Assembly (NCBI GenBank): GCA_038231135.1
Contig: JBBRLX010000018.1
Coordinates: 15,477 to 79,476, forward strand
Length of the DNA: 64,000 bases
Source: Candidatus Eiseniibacteriota bacterium
Lineage (GTDB): Bacteria > Eisenbacteria > RBG-16-71-46
Reading direction: 5' to 3'
Position 1 is the first letter of the stretch, and each line of letters starts with the position of its first letter. The notes below the pieces were generated by a model. That model did no database searches and had not been told where the DNA came from. It saw only the letters and a list, made by a program, of their open reading frames with translations. Below, one piece after another: positions 44,973-54,914 of the stretch. The position numbers and the translations under genes are program-made.

Positions 44973-47132
44973 ATGAGCCTCGGGTTTGGCGGCAGGCGGT
45001 TGCTGGCGGTGGCGGCGGTGCTGGCCACGGTCGCGTTCGCCGTGCCCCGGTTCCTCACCCACAACCCCTACCAGCGGCTGGGCGTCTCGCTGAACTGGGT
45101 GCGCGGACAGGAATTCCCGCAGGTGGACCGGGTGATCGGGCCGCCGGCGGAATACCTGCTCGAAAAGGGCGACGAGATCCGCGGCATCGATGGTGTGCTG
45201 TTCTCGGGCTCCCGCGACATGCTCGAGTATCTCAAGCGCAACGGCTGGCCCAAGGGCCCGTTCACGCTCACCATCGATCGCACCCAGCGCACGTTCAACA
45301 TCGTGGTGCCGCCCGTGCAGCTCGGTGCCTGGCAGCGCTTGCGCCTGTTCTTCTTCAACGTCGCGGCCATGATCGCGGCCCCGCTCGTGGCCTTCCTGCT
45401 GGTGTGGCGCCGGCCCGACCTGAGCGCGGCCTGGGTGTTCCTGTGGTTCGCGACCCTGCAGGGCCTGGGCGGCATCTGGGAAACCTACCAGTACCCGACG
45501 CTCGAGCCCACCGGCGCGTTCAAGGTCTACCTCGACGTCTACCGCGATCTGCTGCTGTGGTTCCCGGCGAGCTTCCTGCATTTCATGACCGTGTTCCCTC
45601 GCCCCCGCTGGCAGCCCGGCCGCCGCTGGCAGAGCTGGTGGTTCCGGCTGGTGGTGGCGGCAAACGTGGTGCCGGTGGTCATGATCGTCTACGGCCTCGC
45701 GCGGCATAAGGTCATGGACACCCCCTACGTGTGGTTCCAGTCGATCGCGCTGCCGCTGGGCGTGCTGTCGCTGGTCGGCAGCTACGCGCGCCCCGGCGAC
45801 GGCCGGCGGCCGACGATGAGCGAACGGGTGCTGGCGCTGGTGGTCGCGGGCGTGCTGATCCTCGCCACCGGGCTCGGCGCGGTGTCCGAGGACCCGCGGT
45901 TCATCGCGTTCTATTCCATGCCGCTCGCCCGCATCGCGATCACCGCCATCTTCGTGGCGTGGCTGGTGGCGCCGGTGCTGATCGCCTGGCTGATCGCCAA
46001 CGACCCGGTGTTCGACCCGCGCCGGCTGCTGGTGCGGTCGCTGCCCTACGCGCTGCTGTCGGGCGTGCTGGCGGCGCTCTACCTGGGCTGCGCCCTGCTC
46101 GGCGAGCGACTGTTCGCCGCGGTCACCGGCGAGCAGGCGATGCTGTTCAACGTGGTCGCTGCGCTGGTGGTGGCGTTCGCGTTCGCGCCGCTGCGGGAGC
46201 GGCTGCAGCGCTGGCTCGACCGGCTCTACGGCCGCGACCCGCACGCGCTGCGCCTGGCGCTCGACACCGCGGGGCGCGAATTGCTCGGGGCGCTCGACGA
46301 GGCCGAGGTGAAGCGCTCGGTCGAGCAGGGCCTCGAGACCGGCCTCCGGCATCCGGTGGCGATCGACTGGCCGGACCGCGGGGTGCCCCGCATCGCCGAC
46401 GGCGAGGAGCTGCCCGAACACGCCCGCAGCGCCGTGGAGGCGCTGCTCGTCCAGGCCCGCATCCGGCTCGAAAACCTGGCGCTCCAGCAGGAGCGGGCGG
46501 CTCACGAGCGGCGGGAAGTGGAGCTGAGGGAGGCCGCGATCCGCGCGGAGTTGCGGGCGCTGCAGGCCCAGGTGCAGCCGCATTTTCTTTTCAACGCTTT
46601 GAACGCCCTGGCCTATCTCATCGAGACGGACGCCGGCGCGGCCCAGCGGTTCACCGAGCGGCTTGCCGACATGCTGCGCTACACCGTGGAAGCCGGCAGC
46701 CGGCCGGCGGCGCTGCTGTCGGACGAGATCGCGTTCGTCGAGGACTACCTCGGGGTCGCGCGGGAGCGTTACGAGAATCCGATGGTGTTCGAATACCGCG
46801 GCACGCCGGACCTGCTGTCGCTGGCCGTGCCGCCGCTATTGCTGCAACCGCTCGTGGAGAACAGCCTCAAGCACGGCTGCCCGGCGGGAGAGACGCCGTT
46901 ACACCTCGCGCTCGACGCCCGGATGGACGGGCGCTGGCTCGACCTGACGTTCACCGACGACGGCTCCCTCAACGGCAACGGCGCCGTCGGGCTCGGCGTG
47001 GGACTCGAAAACCTGGAGCAGCGCCTGCGGCGGTTCGGCGGCGCGGACGCCACGGTGGTGGCCGGAGCACGGACGACGGGCGGATTCGAAGTACGCATGC
47101 GCTGGCGGCTGCGCGAGAGGATGGCAGCGTGA
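44973..47132 (+). CDS. LytS/YehU-type sensor histidine kinase with N-terminal PDZ-like domain and multi-TM region
   Basis: PAEYLLEKGDEIRGIDG (PDZ-like), many TM segments, LQAQVQPHFLFNALN, LQPLVENSLKHG. Confidence 0.92.
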   Translation: MSLGFGGRRLLAVAAVLATVAFAVPRFLTHNPYQRLGVSLNWVRGQEFPQVDRVIGPPAEYLLEKGDEIRGIDGVLFSGSRDMLEYLKRNGWPKGPFTLTIDRTQRTFNIVVPPVQLGAWQRLRLFFFNVAAMIAAPLVAFLLVWRRPDLSAAWVFLWFATLQGLGGIWETYQYPTLEPTGAFKVYLDVYRDLLLWFPASFLHFMTVFPRPRWQPGRRWQSWWFRLVVAANVVPVVMIVYGLARHKVMDTPYVWFQSIALPLGVLSLVGSYARPGDGRRPTMSERVLALVVAGVLILATGLGAVSEDPRFIAFYSMPLARIAITAIFVAWLVAPVLIAWLIANDPVFDPRRLLVRSLPYALLSGVLAALYLGCALLGERLFAAVTGEQAMLFNVVAALVVAFAFAPLRERLQRWLDRLYGRDPHALRLALDTAGRELLGALDEAEVKRSVEQGLETGLRHPVAIDWPDRGVPRIADGEELPEHARSAVEALLVQARIRLENLALQQERAAHERREVELREAAIRAELRALQAQVQPHFLFNALNALAYLIETDAGAAQRFTERLADMLRYTVEAGSRPAALLSDEIAFVEDYLGVARERYENPMVFEYRGTPDLLSLAVPPLLLQPLVENSLKHGCPAGETPLHLALDARMDGRWLDLTFTDDGSLNGNGAVGLGVGLENLEQRLRRFGGADATVVAGARTTGGFEVRMRWRLRERMAA

Positions 47133-47911
47133 CGGTCGAGAACCCGGTGCGGGTGCTGATCGCGGACGACGAACCGCGCGCGCGCCAATTCCTGGAGAAA
47201 TTGCTCGGTGAACACGACGACATCGAGGTGGTGGGAGCGGCACGCGGCGGACAGGAGGCGATCGAGCTCACCACGCGGCTCGCGCCCGACGTCACGTTCC
47301 TCGACATCCACATGCCGGATCTGTCCGGCCTCGAAGTGGCACGCTACATCGTGCGCGACCGCGTCGGACCGTTCCCGCACGTGGTGTTCGTCACCGCCTA
47401 TGACCGCTATGCCGTCGAAGCGTTCGAGATCGCAGCACTCGATTACGTGCTCAAGCCGCTCAAGCGCGACCGGCTGGGCGAAACCGTGCGGCGCGTGGTG
47501 ACGGAGGTGCGCAACGGGCGCCCGGCGGCGCACCTGCGGGCGCTGAAGACCGCGCTCGACACGCCCGAACTTCAAGATGCGATGCCGCCACTCAAGCGAC
47601 TGCCGGTGCGGCACCGGCGCGAGGTGAAGCTGCTCGACCTCGACGAGGTGCCGATCGTGTTCTCGCGCGACCGGCTGGTGCTCGCCCGCGCCGAGGGCAA
47701 GGAATACCTGGTCGACTACACGCTGCAGGAACTCGAGACCCGGCTGCCGCGCGACCAGTTCGTGCGTGTGCATCGCGGAGCGCTCGTGAACCTCGAAGCC
47801 ATCGAGTCCTATGGCGGCGAGGACGGCGTGCTCGTGCTGCGCCTCAAGGACGGCACCCGCGTCGAAGCCAGCGAGCGCCGCGCCGCCGAAGTCAGGCGCC
47901 GGCTGCGCTGA
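47129..47911 (+). CDS. LytTR-family response regulator
   Basis: IADDE, FLDIHMP, FVTAYD, DYVLKP, FVRVHR; GTGA overlap. Confidence 0.95.
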   Translation: MTVENPVRVLIADDEPRARQFLEKLLGEHDDIEVVGAARGGQEAIELTTRLAPDVTFLDIHMPDLSGLEVARYIVRDRVGPFPHVVFVTAYDRYAVEAFEIAALDYVLKPLKRDRLGETVRRVVTEVRNGRPAAHLRALKTALDTPELQDAMPPLKRLPVRHRREVKLLDLDEVPIVFSRDRLVLARAEGKEYLVDYTLQELETRLPRDQFVRVHRGALVNLEAIESYGGEDGVLVLRLKDGTRVEASERRAAEVRRRLR

Positions 47912-47967
47912 CGGCGGAATTCAGACGCGGCGGCGTGGACGGCCGTGCCCGTGCGATTCCCGCGCAA

Positions 47968-49392
47968 TCAGCCCTGCGGCATCCCCGGGACGATCTCGGG
48001 CGGCGGTAGCTGGACGCGTTTCAGCTCCGACTCGTGCACCGTGACCGGGTACTTGCGCTTCAACTGATCGGTGTAGACGCGCAGGATCGCGTCCCGCTGG
48101 CCCTCGACGACGAACGTGCGCAACTGCTCCTTCACCTCGGGCGGGACCGACTCGTACGGCGGCGCGGTGGGACTTTGCACGCGGCGCAGGTATTCGGCGC
48201 GAAGATCGTCCTCGGTCACGTGAAGGCGGCTCGTCACCTGGGCTTCGAAGATCGATTGCAGCACCCTCGAATCCACGCGGTCCTGAATGGCGCGCTCGAT
48301 GTCGGGCACCTCGTTCAGGTGCCGCCGGTGCGCCTCGATCACCACCAGGCGCTGCACCACGCGGGACTCGATCCAGCGCTGGATCGACGGCAGCGAGGAG
48401 AAGTTCGGGCGATCGGACTGGCTCTGGAGATCGCCGAGCGCGTCCGCCATCGTAAGGCGCGCCTCGCCCGCCGGCGTGTCGTAGCGGGCGAGCACGACGC
48501 CAGAGTCCTCCGCCTGGATCGCGGCGGTGGAATCGCCGGCCGGCCGGTTCGCGCGCATGAACAACTCCTGGCCGCCGCCGGGCTCGAGCCGCACGCGGTA
48601 TTCGTCCTTCAGCGTCTGGATCGCGTGCTGGACCACCGCGCGATGCTTGCGCTGCTTCAACTGCGCCAGCACCTCCGCCTGGACGGACGCGAGCGGGGGC
48701 AGCTTCCCCGCCCGGCGTTCGAGCACGCGGACGATGAACCAGTTGTCGCCGGCCGGAACCGGGCCCACCAGTTCGCCGACGCGCGCTTCGCGAATGCGCG
48801 TGTCGAGCGGCTCGGGCATCGCCCCGCCGGGAATCCAGCCGAGGTCACCGTCGGGCGGCACCACGCCGCTGCTGTTGAACGCCGTCGCCACCGTCCGGAA
48901 CGGCTCGCCGGAGCGCAACCGGGCCAGCGCCTGGCCCGCCATGAGCGGAGTCGCGGCGTGGATCACCTGCAGGTGGTGTTCGGTGCGATGCCAGTCGTAG
49001 AACGTCGCAATCTCCGCCTCGCTCACCGGCACGTTCTGCGGCGCCAGTTGTTCGGTGAGGGCACCGAGCAGCAATTCCTGCTCGGCGGCGTGGCGCACAA
49101 GGACGAGCTGGGTGTCCTGGGTCACGCCGCGCTGCTCCGCCTCGAGCAGCATGAGGTCGCGGCGGATCAGGTCGTCGAGCAGCATCCGCTTCGCGCTGTC
49201 GGGCTGCCAGGCATACTGGCCGTGGGCGGTGCTCGCGAACGCGACGAGGTCGGCGGCCGTGATCGTGCGAGGGCCGACCTGTGCGACCGGCCGGGATTGG
49301 GTGGCGCAGGACGCGAGCGTCAGCGCGGCGATCGCGGCGAACCCCAGCGCGATCCGGCGGCGCGCCGGCGTGGAATCAACCATCGTGGTCAT
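47968..49392 (-). CDS. PpiC/PrsA-like peptidyl-prolyl isomerase lipoprotein
   Basis: LASC lipobox, DGDLGW parvulin motif, SurA-N-like helices. Confidence 0.82.
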   Translation of the reverse strand: MTTMVDSTPARRRIALGFAAIAALTLASCATQSRPVAQVGPRTITAADLVAFASTAHGQYAWQPDSAKRMLLDDLIRRDLMLLEAEQRGVTQDTQLVLVRHAAEQELLLGALTEQLAPQNVPVSEAEIATFYDWHRTEHHLQVIHAATPLMAGQALARLRSGEPFRTVATAFNSSGVVPPDGDLGWIPGGAMPEPLDTRIREARVGELVGPVPAGDNWFIVRVLERRAGKLPPLASVQAEVLAQLKQRKHRAVVQHAIQTLKDEYRVRLEPGGGQELFMRANRPAGDSTAAIQAEDSGVVLARYDTPAGEARLTMADALGDLQSQSDRPNFSSLPSIQRWIESRVVQRLVVIEAHRRHLNEVPDIERAIQDRVDSRVLQSIFEAQVTSRLHVTEDDLRAEYLRRVQSPTAPPYESVPPEVKEQLRTFVVEGQRDAILRVYTDQLKRKYPVTVHESELKRVQLPPPEIVPGMPQG

Positions 49393-49598
49393 GGGTCTCG
49401 CTCCCCCTCGTGGATCGGCTCGCGAAGGTAGAGCAGCGCTGGCCGGGCCGCAAACTCAGGGCCGGGGCGCGTCGAACACCGGACGCGCCGATCGTGGGGA
49501 CCAGGTCGCCGGCGCGTGCGTCCTTGCGTGGCGCCCCGCCGACGATCGACCGCGACGCCATCACGGCGCCACGCCGATCGTCGAACGAATGCCGCAGC

Positions 49599-50228
49599 CT
49601 ATTCGCCGCCTCCCGTGCAGGCCGTACCCGGCTCGGCGTGCGGAATCGCGCTCAGGTATTCGTAGATCGCGCTGAGGTCCACGTCCGTCATGTGGCGATA
49701 GACGGGCCACGGCATCACCTGCAGGAAATTGTGCGGCGGCTCCGGATCGTGGCCGGTGCGGATCGTGTTGATGAACTGCTCGCGCGTGCTGTTCTCCGGC
49801 AGCCCGGTCTTCTTGTCGGGTGTGAGGTTCGCCGACGTGAACGGGCCAAAGTGAACGCCGCCCGCGAGGTAGTGGTCGGTGTTGAGCAGGCCGTCGCCGC
49901 CGGACGCCGGATTGTGGCCGGCCGCGTAGGACGGGCACGAGTGACAGTCGTTGCAGCCGCTCTGCGCGTTCACGATGTAGCTGCCGAGCCCGACGAGCGA
50001 CTTGTTCCGGCCCTTCAGTTCCAGGCGCACAGGGGCGATGTCGAATCCGCGCTGGATGCGCTCGTCCGCGCGATGGATCTCGTTGCCATCGTCCTTGCGA
50101 CCGTGACCGTGATCGTCGTCATCCCTGTCGTGATCACCCCAGCTCGTGCCGGGCGCACCGAGGAACGCGAGGATGATGCCGGCGAAGATGATGGAACAGA
50201 AGCCGAACAGCAGACGATGCGATTTCAT
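49599..50228 (-). CDS. Monoheme cytochrome c
   Basis: Signal peptide, CNDCH, SANLTPD..TG, MPW, DLSAIYEYL; GGAGA RBS. Confidence 0.88.
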   Translation of the reverse strand: MKSHRLLFGFCSIIFAGIILAFLGAPGTSWGDHDRDDDDHGHGRKDDGNEIHRADERIQRGFDIAPVRLELKGRNKSLVGLGSYIVNAQSGCNDCHSCPSYAAGHNPASGGDGLLNTDHYLAGGVHFGPFTSANLTPDKKTGLPENSTREQFINTIRTGHDPEPPHNFLQVMPWPVYRHMTDVDLSAIYEYLSAIPHAEPGTACTGGGE

Positions 50229-50357
50229 GGGTGTCTCCGCAGGGGCGAACACGGAACGTCGAGAGAGGAACCGGAGGATACAAGAGGCTGGCCGCCGATC
50301 AAGAAAAAGCCGCGGCTCGCCACGGACCCCCCTGGGAACGGGGGTTCCACACGGTTT

Positions 50358-53300
50358 TCAGCGGCGTTTCAGCGGCTCCCGGCGATTCGGGCCGGGTGGC
50401 GGGGGCAGCGGCTGCGGACGGGCCGCAGGGTGCGATGCCGCCGATGCGGCCGGGGCGCCCGCCACCCCGCCGGTCGGGGCGCCGCCATCCGGTCCCGTGG
50501 GTCCCGTAGGTCCGGCCGCGGGTCCGCTGTTCGCGGTCGCGAGGCTCAGACCCTGCAGCAGCTCGCGCGTGCGGTGCAGCAGTGCCAGGCCCTCGCCGCG
50601 GAGCCGGAGGCCGAACTCGCGGCCGGTGAAGAATTCGATCTGGAAGTTCAGCGTGCCCACCAGGCTGCGGATCTCGCCGGGCTTGAGTGGCCGGCGCAGC
50701 GCCAGCTCGGCGACGTCGTGGAATACCCGCAGGCTCTCGACGTCGTTGCCGGCGCCCAGCACGCGCAGCCGGCGCAGCTCGAACAGCGCGATCGCGGCCG
50801 GCGGCAGCTGGCCGAACCGGTCGATGACCTCGAGCACCAGGTCGTCGATCGCGGCCTCGTCGCGGGCCTCGGCCAGCCGCCGGTACAGGTTGAGCTTCTC
50901 GTGCTCGTCGGGCACGTATTCGTCGGCGAGGTACGCGCTCCAGTCGGTGACGAGCCGCGGCTCGGGCTTGATCTCGCTGGCCTCGCCCTTGAGCTCCGCC
51001 ACGGATTCCTCGAGCAGCTTCACGTACAGGTCGAACCCGAGTCCCAGGATGAAGCCGCTCTGCTCGGGGCCCAGCATGTTGCCGGCGCCGCGGATCTCCA
51101 GGTCCTTGAGCGCGATCTTGAACCCGACGCCGAGGTCGTCGAACTCCTCGATCACACGCAGCCGCTTCTCGGCGTCCTCGGTGAGCACGCGGCGGCTCGG
51201 CACCAGCAGATAGGCGAACGCCCGGTGCGACGAGCGCCCCACCCGCCCGCGCAGCTGGTAGAGCTGCGCCAGCCCCATGGTGTCGGCGCGATCCACGATC
51301 AGCGTGTTCACGCTCGGGATGTCAAGGCCCGACTCGATGATCATCGTCGACACCAGCACGTCCGTGCGCTTGTCGATGAAGTCGAGCATCACCTGCTCGA
51401 GCTGGTGCTCGTGCATCTGCCCGTGGCCCACGGCCACGCGCACCTGCGGCACCAGCTTCTCCACGCGCAGCGCGACGTTATGGATCGTCTCCACGCGGTT
51501 GTGCACGAAGTACACCTGCCCGCCGCGGTCGATCTCGCGCAGGATCGCGTCCGAGATCGTCTCCTCGTCGTACTCGAGCGTCTCGGTGTGAACCGGCAGC
51601 CGGTCGCGCGGCGGCGTCTCGATCACCGACATGTCGCGCGCGCCGGCGAGGCTCAGGTTGAGCGTGCGCGGGATCGGCGTCGCGGTCATCGCGAGCACGT
51701 GCACGGTGCGGGTGAGCTGGCGGATCTTCTCCTTCTGCGCCACGCCGAAGCGGTGCTCCTCGTCGATGACCACGAGCCCCAGGTCCCGGAACTTCACGTC
51801 CTTCGACAGCAGCCGGTGGGTGCCGACCACGATGTCGACTTCGCCGGTCGCGACCTTCGCGAGCGTGTCCTTCAGCTGCTTCCCGGTGCGGAACCGCGAC
51901 AGCACCTCGACCTTCATCGGGAAGTCGGCGAGGCGCTCGCGGAACGTGAGTACGTGCTGCTGCGCGAGGATCGTGGTGGGGACCAGCACCGCGACCTGCT
52001 TGCCCTCCTGCACCGCCTTGAACGCGGCGCGCATCGCGACCTCGGTCTTGCCGTAGCCCACGTCGCCGCAGATCAGCCGGTCCATCGGCAGCCCCGATTC
52101 GAGATCCTGCTTCACGTCCTGGATCGCCTTGAGCTGGTCGGGCGTCTCCTCGTACGGGAACGCGGCCTCGAACTCGCGCTGCCACACGGTGTCGGGCTTG
52201 AAGGCATGCCCGGGCAGCGCCTTGCGCGCCGCGTATGCGCGGATCAGCGCCTCGGCCATGTCCTGGATGGCCTTCTTGGCTCGGGCCTTGGTCTTCTGCC
52301 ACGCGCCCGAGCCGAGCCGGTAGAGCGCCGGGCGCGCGCCCTCGCTCGCCGAATAGCGCGACATCAGCGCGATCTGCTGCACCGGCACGAACAGCCGGTC
52401 GCTCTCGGCGTAGGAGATCTCGACGCAGTCGGTCTCCTGCCCGTTCAGCGTGAGCCGCTGCATGCCGCGGTAGACGCCGATGCCGTGGTCCTCGTGCACC
52501 ACGTAGTCGCCGACCTTGAGCGCCGACAGCTCGGCGATCGACAGTCCGCCGGTGCGCCGCAGGCGCCGGCGCCGGCGGTGATAGCGCGCGAACACCTCGT
52601 GATCGGTCAGGATCGCGAGCCCGGCCGACTTCATCGTGAAGCCCTGCGACACGAGTCCCACGCCGAGCGTCGCGCCGGTGTTGCCGAGCATCTCCTGCAG
52701 CCGGTCGCGCTGCGCGGGGTTGTCGCACAGCACCACGCCCAGCAGGCCGGCGGCGCCAATCTCGGCGAGGTGCGTGCGCAGCCGTTCGATCGATCGCTGC
52801 ATCGGCTCGGCGGGCGTGCACTCGAGCAGCAGCGTCTGCACGTAGCGGCGGCCCTCGCCAACCTCGCCGATCGGGCCCATCCAGTCGGCGCCGGGGCGCT
52901 CCGCCGCCACGTGCTCGAGCGTATCCTCGGGCAGGAACAACTCCTCGGGGCGCGAGATCGCGGGGTAGTGCGTGCGAGATTCCTCGAAGCCGCGCGCGAT
53001 CAGCTCGCCCAGCTCCGCGGCGCGCTGGCTCAGCTTGCCCGGATCGTCGAGCACCACGATGCAGTCGGCCGGCAGGTAGTCGAGCAGCGAGCCCGGCTGG
53101 GGATCGTAGTGCGACGCGAACCGCTCCATGCCATCGTGAAACAGCGAACCCGTCGTGCGATCACGACGGCCGACGACTTCGGTGTCGGCGTCCACGCGGG
53201 TCTCGGCCGCACGCAGCCGCGTCATCACCGCGTCGACCTCGTCGCGCATGACCACCACTTCGTAGCGCGGCAGCAGTGTCGCGTCCTTGAGCTGCTCGAG

Positions 53301-53978
53301 CGAGCGTTGCGTGCCCGCGTCGAACCGGCGCATGGACTCGAGCGTGTCGCCGTCGAACTCCAGCCGGATCGGATCGGCGAGGCCCACGGCGTAGATGTCG
53401 AGGATGCCGCCGCGCCGCGCGAAGTGGCCCACCGCCTCGACCTCGGGCAGCCGCTCGTAGCCCAGGTACACGAGCCGCTCGGCGAGCTCGGCGGGATCGT
53501 AGTCGTGGCCGACCTCGAGCCGGATCACGGCCGCGCGCAGCCGTTCCGGCCGCGGCACGCGCTGCAGCAGTCCGCGCACCGTGGCCACCACCACTCCCGA
53601 TTCGCCCCGCGCGAGCCGCGCCAGCGTCTCGAGGCGCTCGGCCGTGATCGCCGGGTGCGGCGACGCCGGGTCGTAGGGCAGGTTGTCGGGCTCCGGGAAC
53701 ACCAGCGTGTCGCCGCGGCCGCGGAAGTATTCGAGATCGTCGCGCGCGGCCTCGAACCCGTCGGCATGCGCGACCAGGTACAGCACGGTCCGGCCGGTGG
53801 TGCGCTGCAACCAGGACGTGAGGTAGCCGCGCGCCGAGCCGATCAGCCCCCGCACCGCCACGCGTCCGCCCGGATCGTCACGCTCGAACCGCTCGGCGAG
53901 CGTCCGGGCTTCGGACACGCGGTCGAGTTGTTGCGCGAGCGATTCGGCCAGCTCGTCCTTGAGGTACGTCTCGGTCAC
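50358..53978 (-). CDS. mfd: Transcription-repair coupling factor
   Basis: UvrB-like N-terminus, GDYVVHEDHGIG, CGDVGYGKT, DEEHRFG, TATPIPRT, QLRGRVGR, DLEIRGAGN. Confidence 0.98.
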   Translation of the reverse strand: MTETYLKDELAESLAQQLDRVSEARTLAERFERDDPGGRVAVRGLIGSARGYLTSWLQRTTGRTVLYLVAHADGFEAARDDLEYFRGRGDTLVFPEPDNLPYDPASPHPAITAERLETLARLARGESGVVVATVRGLLQRVPRPERLRAAVIRLEVGHDYDPAELAERLVYLGYERLPEVEAVGHFARRGGILDIYAVGLADPIRLEFDGDTLESMRRFDAGTQRSLEQLKDATLLPRYEVVVMRDEVDAVMTRLRAAETRVDADTEVVGRRDRTTGSLFHDGMERFASHYDPQPGSLLDYLPADCIVVLDDPGKLSQRAAELGELIARGFEESRTHYPAISRPEELFLPEDTLEHVAAERPGADWMGPIGEVGEGRRYVQTLLLECTPAEPMQRSIERLRTHLAEIGAAGLLGVVLCDNPAQRDRLQEMLGNTGATLGVGLVSQGFTMKSAGLAILTDHEVFARYHRRRRRLRRTGGLSIAELSALKVGDYVVHEDHGIGVYRGMQRLTLNGQETDCVEISYAESDRLFVPVQQIALMSRYSASEGARPALYRLGSGAWQKTKARAKKAIQDMAEALIRAYAARKALPGHAFKPDTVWQREFEAAFPYEETPDQLKAIQDVKQDLESGLPMDRLICGDVGYGKTEVAMRAAFKAVQEGKQVAVLVPTTILAQQHVLTFRERLADFPMKVEVLSRFRTGKQLKDTLAKVATGEVDIVVGTHRLLSKDVKFRDLGLVVIDEEHRFGVAQKEKIRQLTRTVHVLAMTATPIPRTLNLSLAGARDMSVIETPPRDRLPVHTETLEYDEETISDAILREIDRGGQVYFVHNRVETIHNVALRVEKLVPQVRVAVGHGQMHEHQLEQVMLDFIDKRTDVLVSTMIIESGLDIPSVNTLIVDRADTMGLAQLYQLRGRVGRSSHRAFAYLLVPSRRVLTEDAEKRLRVIEEFDDLGVGFKIALKDLEIRGAGNMLGPEQSGFILGLGFDLYVKLLEESVAELKGEASEIKPEPRLVTDWSAYLADEYVPDEHEKLNLYRRLAEARDEAAIDDLVLEVIDRFGQLPPAAIALFELRRLRVLGAGNDVESLRVFHDVAELALRRPLKPGEIRSLVGTLNFQIEFFTGREFGLRLRGEGLALLHRTRELLQGLSLATANSGPAAGPTGPTGPDGGAPTGGVAGAPAASAASHPAARPQPLPPPPGPNRREPLKRR

Positions 53979-54035
53979 CGGGTGCTCCTCGTCGAGCGGC
54001 GAACGCCGGTCAGCGGCGCCGGGGTCCCAAACGCG

Positions 54036-54065
54036 AAAACCCGCCGCGGATTTTCCCGTGGCGGT
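54036..54065 (-). terminator. Intrinsic terminator-like hairpin upstream of mfd
   Basis: Minus strand ACCGCCACGG-gaaaat-CCGCGGCGGG-TTTT. Confidence 0.6.
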
Positions 54066-54151
54066 ACGGCCTTCGAATGTCCGCCCCTGAATCAGGGCGG
54101 CGAGCAGCCTAACAACCGCGTGTGGGGCGGCTCAAGGCGGGGGCACTCGGG

Positions 54152-54826
54152 TCAGCGCGCCAGTGCCTGCTTCGGTTTCTCGGCCAGCACCTGCGCGAGC
54201 ACCTGCTCGAGGCCGCGGTATTCCATGTCGCAGCGCGCGTGCTCGGGGTCGGTACTTGGATGGTACTCGCCGCCACCGTGCACCCAGCGGATCATGCCGA
54301 CGCGGTCGATCAGGAACGACACAGAGGTCCAGTTGCGCTCGGGACTGGCGTCGAGCCAGTAGCGATCGAGCGTCTTCCAGGAGCCGTCGACGGCGATCGG
54401 GCCCGAGAACCCCAGCTTGTTCGCGGTCGCCAGGATGTGGCGGTCGTCCACGAACCGCGGTGGCTTGGGATGGTATACGCCGACCACGACGAGCCCCTGC
54501 CCGCCGTGATCGCGCTCGAGTTGTTCGATCACCGGCAACGTCGAGGAACAATACCGGCAACCGTCGGTCCACCAGCGCACCAGCACCACCTTGCCGCGCA
54601 GCGACCGCAGCGTGAGCGGCTTCGTGCGGATCCAGCGGTCGAACGTCCACGCGGGTGCCGGGGTGCCGATCAGCTCGGATCCCAAATCGGGATCTCCGGC
54701 CACTGCAGGCGCGCTGGCGTCGGCATGGGCGGTCGCCGATATCGCGAACGCCAGAAGCATTCCGGCACCGAGGCGCCGCCAATGACGGGTCGGCGTGGTC
54801 ACTCGGGAGGTCGCGCGGGGATTCAT
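54152..54826 (-). CDS. Exported TlpA/redoxin-family thioredoxin-like protein
   Basis: GTPAP, LRGKVVLVRWWTDGCRYC, SFLIDRVG.IR. Confidence 0.87.
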   Translation of the reverse strand: MNPRATSRVTTPTRHWRRLGAGMLLAFAISATAHADASAPAVAGDPDLGSELIGTPAPAWTFDRWIRTKPLTLRSLRGKVVLVRWWTDGCRYCSSTLPVIEQLERDHGGQGLVVVGVYHPKPPRFVDDRHILATANKLGFSGPIAVDGSWKTLDRYWLDASPERNWTSVSFLIDRVGMIRWVHGGGEYHPSTDPEHARCDMEYRGLEQVLAQVLAEKPKQALAR

Positions 54827-54914
54827 GGGGAAAAGCCTACTGCAAGTGCGCGCGACCGCCCAATCCGGTATATGTTCCGCCAGAGCCGCAACCACATCAC
54901 CGAGGAGGTCCCTC

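Noticed and set aside
50300..50360. Hairpins plus T-run downstream of mfd as an ncRNA
   Set aside because: Most simply a terminator region. The stems are imperfect, so it was not listed as a feature.
49281..54362. 1693-aa plus-strand ORF
   Set aside because: Antisense shadow of mfd and the cytochrome gene. It has no recognisable motifs, and long shadow frames are expected at this GC content.
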